From: an uncultured Gemmatimonadaceae bacterium
GTDB lineage: Bacteria > Gemmatimonadota > Gemmatimonadetes > Gemmatimonadales > Gemmatimonadaceae
DNA length: 19,939 bases
Direction of reading: 5' to 3'
NCBI GenBank assembly: GCA_964636485.1
Contig: CAZWSO010000034.1
Span: 1-19,939 of the forward strand
Below, piece after piece: positions 14,829 through 19,939 of this stretch; positions within the stretch are counted from its first letter, which is position 1; each line of letters opens with the position of its first letter. The position numbers were made by a program, and so were the translations under genes. The notes beneath the pieces are model-generated. The model searched no databases, was not told the origin of the DNA, and saw only the letters and a list, made by a program, of their open reading frames with translations.

Positions 14829-16034
14829 ATGAGGCGACTGAGACAGGCGCTCAGCACTTTGTCTGCCGCGATCGATTTACGCATCGATCGTGCGCGCTCT
14901 GGTATCCAGCGCCGGGTGGGCCGTCGCCCACCCTTCGCTCTCGCGGCATATCCCGGATTTGGCAACGTGAATCGGCTCGTGTTCATTGGGCGTGCTCTTG
15001 AGGATCGCGGCGTGCGCCCCGCAGGTGCCGGGGACTCGCGATTCCGGAACCTCGTTAACATATACCGCCGCATGCACGCGGGAGACCTGCCGCGGGCGCG
15101 CGTGCAAGTGGAATTCAAGGGCGACCGGCAGGAAGTGATGGCTGACGGCACCGGCTTCTTCGAGGTGTGGCTCACTCCTGGGGCACCGCTGCGCCTGGAC
15201 CAGAACTGGCATACCGCCAACCTCACCTTGCTCGATCCGGTTTCGCGTCGGCAAGGCCAGGTGATGACCACCGTGGGTCTGCTGGTGCCCGCGGCGTCGG
15301 CCAGCTTCGGGGTCATCTCCGACCTGGATGATACGGTCATTCGCACCGATGCCACGAGCCTGCTTCGCATGGCTCGCAACGTTCTGCTTGCCAACGCGCG
15401 AACGCGGCTTCCGTTTCCCGGGGTGGCGGCATTCTACCAGGCTCTCGAGCGCGGTTATTCAGACGCGCGCAACCCGATTTACTACGTAAGCAGTGGTCCA
15501 TGGAATTTGTTCGATCTCGTTCACGAGTTTCTGGAAGTTCAGGGTATTCCTCACGGGCCGATCATGCTCCGTCGCTGGGGGCTCGGGCGCGGTAGCTCGC
15601 TACCGACAAGACACGCAGCCTTCAAGCTCGATATGATACGGAGAATTCTCGATCTCACACCAGCACTGCCGTTCATGCTGATCGGTGACAGCGGGCAGGA
15701 GGATCCGGAAGTCTACCGCGAGATCGTGCACCAGTATCCCGGTCGGATCCTCGCCGTTTACATCCGCAACGTCAGTCGCCAGCCAGAGCGTTCCGAGCGG
15801 ATCCGCGCCCTGGTCGTGGAAGTGGTGGCGCGCGGCGTACCACTGGTTCTGGCCGACGACACCTTCGAGCTGGCCGAACATGCCGCGGCACATGGCTGGA
15901 TCAGCAACGAAAGCCTCGCTGCCGTACGCAGCGAAGCCGCAGCAGACGAAAGCGCCGCCGGCGAACCACCCGCGCCCACAGTGGTGGTGGAAGAAGGGCT
16001 AGCGATGCCGGCCTGGCTGCGCGAGGAGACCTAG
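14829..16034 (+). CDS. App1 family protein (DUF2183, HAD-like phosphatidate phosphatase catalytic domain)
   Basis: The DxDxT motif GVISDLDDTVIRTD is followed by the conserved YYVSSGPWNLFDLVHEFL and FMLIGDSGQEDPEVY segments of the App1 catalytic domain. Start taken at ATG 14829; a TTG at 14748 is in frame 27 codons upstream. Divergent from the M1 peptidase gene. Confidence 0.75.
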   Translation: MRRLRQALSTLSAAIDLRIDRARSGIQRRVGRRPPFALAAYPGFGNVNRLVFIGRALEDRGVRPAGAGDSRFRNLVNIYRRMHAGDLPRARVQVEFKGDRQEVMADGTGFFEVWLTPGAPLRLDQNWHTANLTLLDPVSRRQGQVMTTVGLLVPAASASFGVISDLDDTVIRTDATSLLRMARNVLLANARTRLPFPGVAAFYQALERGYSDARNPIYYVSSGPWNLFDLVHEFLEVQGIPHGPIMLRRWGLGRGSSLPTRHAAFKLDMIRRILDLTPALPFMLIGDSGQEDPEVYREIVHQYPGRILAVYIRNVSRQPERSERIRALVVEVVARGVPLVLADDTFELAEHAAAHGWISNESLAAVRSEAAADESAAGEPPAPTVVVEEGLAMPAWLREET

Positions 16035-16103
16035 CGTTTGTCGCAGAAGCGTCGCATCATCGTAGCTCGCAGGTCTGACAGCCAGGCATCAATGTCAACA
16101 TAG

Positions 16104-18332
16104 ATGGAGCGGATGCCCTTCGCTGGAAAGGAAGTCGCGCGCGAAGCACCCATTCAGTGGGACGCCAAGCCTGACAAGTGGCCTGATCGGTGGGGCGGTG
16201 AGCCCGGACCGCTCGACCGCCCGTCTCCCGAAGCGTTTGACCGGCTGGCCCGCCTCACCTGTCGTCTGTTGCGCGCCCCGGCAGCCCACATTGCCGTCGT
16301 CAAGGGATCGTCCCAGGTGGTGCGCGGCTGGGGCAGCTTCTCCCCCGCTGGAAGCACGCGGCGCGAGATCCCGCTTGCCCGGTCGATTTGTGAGCACGTC
16401 GTCCGCTCGGCCGAGCCGCTCATGATCACCGACTTCCGGAAGCCTGGTGAAGGCGGCATCGCACATGTCGTTCCCGAGTTTGGCGGCGTCGCATATATGG
16501 CCGTTCCCCTTTTTGCGGCGCAAGGATACGCGTTCGGCGCACTGAGCGTAATGGATCTGGAGCCGCGCGAATGGTCCAGCGATGATCTCGCCGATCTTCG
16601 CGACCTCGGCGCGTCGGTCGCCAGCGAGCTCGAGCTTGCCGCGGCGGTGCTGGAGGCGGAACGGCGGGCGGAGGAGGCCAGCCTGGCGCGGCGGGAGCGC
16701 ACGGCGCTGCTCGAGGCGGCGCCACAGGGGATCTGCGGCTTCGACGCCGACGGACGCTGCACGTTCATCAATCGCGCGGCGTCGCAGATGCTGGGCATCG
16801 CCGTGCTCGATTCGATCGGCCGAGAGCTGCACGACGTTCTTCGACATTCTCCCGCGGACGGCACCCCGTATCCGCCGGGCGCCTGCCCACTGACGGGCAC
16901 CATGACGACTGGCGCAGGACTGCAACTGCTGAACGAGATCGTTCGACGTCGCGACGACACGCAGTTCCCTGCAGAGCTGTCGGCCGAACCTGTGATCGTT
17001 GGCGGCCGGGTGACGGGTGGCATCGTCACCATCTCCGATGTCACCGAGCGCGAGCGCTTGGAAGCGCGCGCACGATTCCTTGGTGGTACCAGCGACCTGC
17101 TCTCCGCCTCGTTGGACTACGAGACGACGCTCGGCAGTGTAGCGCGCCTCGCCGTGCCTGCGATGTGCGATGTGTGCATTGTCTATATCCTCCAGCCTGA
17201 TGACAAGATCAGTCGGCTTGCAGTTTGCGCGGCGGATGAACAGAAGGGCCGTATCCTGGATCAGTTGCGCGAGCGTCACCCTATCTCGCTTGGCAGTACC
17301 GGGAACAGCGTCGCACGCGTAATGCGCAGCGGCATTCCCGAACTGTTCGAGACGGTGGCCGATGAACAGCTGCGGGCCGCTTCGGATCAGGAGCCGATTC
17401 GCCATCTTCTGCGGCAGCTCGACCTGCGCTCGCTGGTGGTCGTCCCGCTGATCGCGCGGGGCCGGACGCTTGGCGCGCTCGCTTTCGCTACGTCCGAGTC
17501 GGGGCGACGATTCGGAGCGTCCGACCTCGCCTTTGCCCGGGAGGTGGCCAGTCGAGCCGCGCTGGCGATTGACAATGCCGAGTTGTACCGCGCCGCTGGG
17601 TCGGCGCGGGGGCAGGCGGAGAGCGCGAACGAAGCGAAGGCTGCCTTCCTGGCGGTCATGTCGCACGAGTTGCGAACACCGCTGAGCGCCGTGCTTGGCT
17701 ACGCCGAGCTGCTTGCCGATGGGATCACCGGTCCCGTGAGCGAGGCGCAAAAGGAACAGCTCGGTCGAATTAAGGCGTGCGCGGGCCAGCTGTTGGGCCT
17801 CATCGACGAGATCCTTGCCTTCGCCAGGCTCGAGGCCGATCGCGAAGATGTTCGACTGGACACCGTGGAGCTGGGAGCGATGACCCGGGTCGCCGCGGCG
17901 CTCGTCGAGCCACGGGCTGTCGAGAAGGGGCTCGCCTTTGCTGTAGAACTCCCCTCCCCCCCCATCACGCTCGAAACCGACCCCGGTAAGGTGGGCCAGA
18001 TCCTGGTGCATCTGCTCAGCAACGCTATCAAGTTCACCACTGAAGGATCGGTGCGCCTGTTGGTGCGGGTGACCGATCGCCAAGCGTACTTCGAGGTCTC
18101 CGACACCGGTGTCGGCATTGCGATGGCGCATCGCGACCGCATCTTCGAGCGCTTCTGGCAGGTCGAAAGCCCGTCGACTCGGGCCGCCAGCGGCACAGGC
18201 CTCGGTCTCACGGTCGCGCGCCGCCTAGCGCGCCTTCTGGGGGGTGACATCGAGGTGGAGAGCACCGAGGGAGAGGGGAGCACGTTCACCCTGCGCCTTC
18301 CGTTGGGTGCCGAGGGGGCGCCTGGGAGTTAG
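16104..18332 (+). CDS. sensor histidine kinase, cytoplasmic, GAF-PAS-GAF-HisKA-HATPase_c
   Basis: 742 aa. H-box AAFLAVMSHELRTPLSAVLGYAELL, N-box LLSNAIKFT, G1 DTGVGIA and G2 GTGLGLTVARRLA are present. A PAS region sits in the middle (GICGFDADGRCTFINRAASQMLGI) between two GAF-like regions. There is no TM segment and no receiver domain. The long antisense ORF 16095..18131 is low-complexity and rejected. Confidence 0.88.
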   Translation: MERMPFAGKEVAREAPIQWDAKPDKWPDRWGGEPGPLDRPSPEAFDRLARLTCRLLRAPAAHIAVVKGSSQVVRGWGSFSPAGSTRREIPLARSICEHVVRSAEPLMITDFRKPGEGGIAHVVPEFGGVAYMAVPLFAAQGYAFGALSVMDLEPREWSSDDLADLRDLGASVASELELAAAVLEAERRAEEASLARRERTALLEAAPQGICGFDADGRCTFINRAASQMLGIAVLDSIGRELHDVLRHSPADGTPYPPGACPLTGTMTTGAGLQLLNEIVRRRDDTQFPAELSAEPVIVGGRVTGGIVTISDVTERERLEARARFLGGTSDLLSASLDYETTLGSVARLAVPAMCDVCIVYILQPDDKISRLAVCAADEQKGRILDQLRERHPISLGSTGNSVARVMRSGIPELFETVADEQLRAASDQEPIRHLLRQLDLRSLVVVPLIARGRTLGALAFATSESGRRFGASDLAFAREVASRAALAIDNAELYRAAGSARGQAESANEAKAAFLAVMSHELRTPLSAVLGYAELLADGITGPVSEAQKEQLGRIKACAGQLLGLIDEILAFARLEADREDVRLDTVELGAMTRVAAALVEPRAVEKGLAFAVELPSPPITLETDPGKVGQILVHLLSNAIKFTTEGSVRLLVRVTDRQAYFEVSDTGVGIAMAHRDRIFERFWQVESPSTRAASGTGLGLTVARRLARLLGGDIEVESTEGEGSTFTLRLPLGAEGAPGS

Positions 18333-18499
18333 AGCCCTCGCTTACCAGATGTCGGGTGTCGAGGAACAAGGTCAGGTCGGCACGCCCTTCTCGCGGGGAT
18401 CGGACAGCGTTCCCGAGGGTAGGCAGATACTGACGCCGGAGCTCCTCCATCGTCATCTGTGCAGACCCCTCTTGCCAGCGCCACCTGGTCCACCACGCC

Positions 18500-19723
18500 G
18501 TGTTGCTTTCCTTCCTCGTCGTTGCCGCCCTCTCATCTACGGACACCCTCGTTCGTCGCCCGCCTGAGGACGCAGGGATGTCCTCGGCGCGCCTCGCGCA
18601 GGTGGATCGCGTTCTGGCGGCAGGAATCGACGCCGGTGCGTTCCCCGGTGCCGCGGTGGTAATCGTTCGGCGAGGCACGGTGGTGTGGGAGCGCGGTGTC
18701 GGCCGACTCGGATGGAGCAGAGACGAGCCACCCGTGAGCCCGACGAGCACGCTCTATGATCTCGCCTCGATCACGAAGGTGATGGCTACGGCAATGGCCG
18801 TGCTGCTTCTTCATGAGGATGGCGCCCTGTCGCTCGATGATCCGGTCGGTCGCCATCTCCCTGAGTTCTCGGGCAGCGGGCGTGCAACGATCACGATCCG
18901 GCAGCTGCTGACCCATCAGGCGGGGCTCCCTTCCGGTATTCGACTGCGACAGGATGAGAGCCTTCGGGCGCGACATCGTCACCTCCTCACCGCACCGCTC
19001 GTCGCGCCGCCCGGCGGACGACCATTGTATTCGGACGTCGGACCGATGGTGCTCGCGTTCCTCGTGGAGCGCGTAAGCGGCAAACCCCTCGACGAGTTTC
19101 TGAGGCGGCGGGTATACGCGCCGGCAGGGATGCGCCGAACGCTCTTTCGCCCGCCCACTGCACTGCACCGCGCGGTAGCACCCACCGGATCCGGGGCGGC
19201 CCGGGGAGTCGCCCGGCGCGCTGTCGTGCACGATCGCAACGCGCAACTTCTGGGTGGCGTTGCGGGCCACGCCGGGCTCTTCGCCACTGCGCGAGATGTC
19301 GCCACGTTCGCGCAGTTGATACTGAACGGTGGGACCTACGGCGGCGCGCGGATTCTCTCCGAGACCACAGCGGCTGCATTCGTCTCCCGCGCCGCGGGAT
19401 GGCGCGCACTTGGCTGGAGCACCTGCCACGGCGGCGGGAGCTGCGGTCATCGCCTCGGCACCTCCGCGTTCGGCCATACGGGTTTCACCGGGACTTCGGT
19501 GTGGGTGGATCCGGAACGCGAGCTGATCGTCGTGCTACTCACCAACTGGGTGCATCGACCGCCTTTTTCAGAGGCGGATCCCGTGGCCGTGCTTGCCGAT
19601 GTGCGCGCGGACATCGCGGATCTGGCGGCGCTGGCGATCGTCGATGGACCCGAGATGATTCCGATGCCCGACCAGCTTCGGGTAGATCGGGCCGCAGGAT
19701 GGTACACACCCATCGGCCCCTGA
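18500..19723 (+). CDS. serine hydrolase of the beta-lactamase / penicillin-binding-protein-like family (class C fold)
   Basis: SxxK active-site motif LASITKVMAT, YSDVG (YxN-type) and HTGFTGTSVWVD (KTG-type variant HTG) in canonical order and spacing. GTG start at 18500 gives a weakly hydrophobic N-terminus (LLSFLVVAALSS); an in-frame ATG at 18578 is the alternative. Confidence 0.8.
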   Translation: MLLSFLVVAALSSTDTLVRRPPEDAGMSSARLAQVDRVLAAGIDAGAFPGAAVVIVRRGTVVWERGVGRLGWSRDEPPVSPTSTLYDLASITKVMATAMAVLLLHEDGALSLDDPVGRHLPEFSGSGRATITIRQLLTHQAGLPSGIRLRQDESLRARHRHLLTAPLVAPPGGRPLYSDVGPMVLAFLVERVSGKPLDEFLRRRVYAPAGMRRTLFRPPTALHRAVAPTGSGAARGVARRAVVHDRNAQLLGGVAGHAGLFATARDVATFAQLILNGGTYGGARILSETTAAAFVSRAAGWRALGWSTCHGGGSCGHRLGTSAFGHTGFTGTSVWVDPERELIVVLLTNWVHRPPFSEADPVAVLADVRADIADLAALAIVDGPEMIPMPDQLRVDRAAGWYTPIGP

Positions 19724-19875
19724 GAAGTCGCTCGCTGACGCCCGAGAGGCGTATCACAGGTAACACGGCGTCCCACGGCGTTGCGGCTGCGGTTGAAATC
19801 CCGCCTCCCGCGCACTAACGTAGCCCCCGCAGAATCACCCCTGTACGGCCGGCCCACCCCTACACACCGGATCAC

Positions 19876-19939
19876 ATGAGGCTAACCGCCCGACATCTGA
19901 TCGTCTTAATGGGCTTCCTGGCGGCCGCGGCTCTGTTCC
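19876..19939 (+). CDS. 5' end of a gene for a probable exported protein (runs off the window)
   Basis: ATG at 19876 opens MRLTARHLIVLMGFLAAAALF, which has a signal-peptide-like n- and h-region. Only 21 codons are visible. Confidence 0.3.
   Translation, partial: MRLTARHLIVLMGFLAAAALF

Noticed and set aside
16095-18131. 678-aa ORF on the minus strand
   Set aside because: It is exactly antisense to the well-supported histidine kinase gene. The translation is Arg/Gly/Ala-rich low complexity with no motifs, a typical high-GC antisense artefact.
18533-19477. 314-aa ORF on the minus strand
   Set aside because: Antisense to the serine hydrolase CDS, which has ordered SxxK/YxN/HTG motifs. Low-complexity basic sequence.
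19770-19815. tRNA-like T-arm motif (GGTTGAAATCC) in the last intergenic region
   Set aside because: No matching acceptor-stem 5' strand (GCGGGAG) is present ~70 nt upstream, and no D-arm or anticodon arm could be built, so this is not a tRNA.
1-19939. CRISPR arrays, transposases, integrases, phage genes, toxin-antitoxin pairs
   Set aside because: Scanned by eye for regularly spaced repeats, DDE or tyrosine-recombinase-like ORFs and small paired ORFs. None were found. The only repeats are the ACTTGG triplet and the intragenic flotillin duplication.

Overview
This window is a high-GC stretch of bacterial chromosome (roughly two-thirds G+C by eye, not computed), densely coded on both strands. 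I see no mobile elements, CRISPR arrays or rRNA/tRNA genes. I did not find a candidate for the novel system the task anticipates; the most unusual item is a decayed isocitrate lyase gene next to an intact malate synthase. The lineage cannot be assigned from sequence alone.

Gene content in order:
- Start of window, minus strand: 3'-truncated hpt overlapped by tilS, the conserved tilS-hpt arrangement.
- lemA translationally coupled (GTGA overlap) to an HtpX-like M48 zinc protease.
- A convergent nfeD-flotillin operon closed by a GC-rich hairpin that can act as a terminator in both directions.
- An intact malate synthase A followed directly by a decayed 3' remnant of isocitrate lyase. The remnant has two -1 frameshifts, a TAG at a conserved Tyr codon, and its 5' two-thirds deleted.
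- A 93-aa unknown ORF containing a G8 homopolymer.
- A YdbS/YdbT-like bacterial PH-domain membrane pair.
- A lipoprotein translationally coupled (TGATG) to tsaC/sua5.
- A secreted M1 aminopeptidase, an App1/DUF2183 HAD-like phosphatase, an orphan GAF-PAS-GAF sensor histidine kinase and a class-C-fold serine hydrolase.

The most unusual observations, apart from the isocitrate lyase remnant:
- Three ACTTGG hexamers phased exactly 20 bp apart in the tilS/lemA divergent promoter region.
- An AT-rich island with a short palindrome upstream of aceB.
- The G8-tract small ORF.
- A concentration of membrane-homeostasis modules (LemA/M48, NfeD/flotillin, bPH pair, App1).

Many long ORFs in the supplied track are antisense or alternative-frame artefacts of high GC and were rejected.
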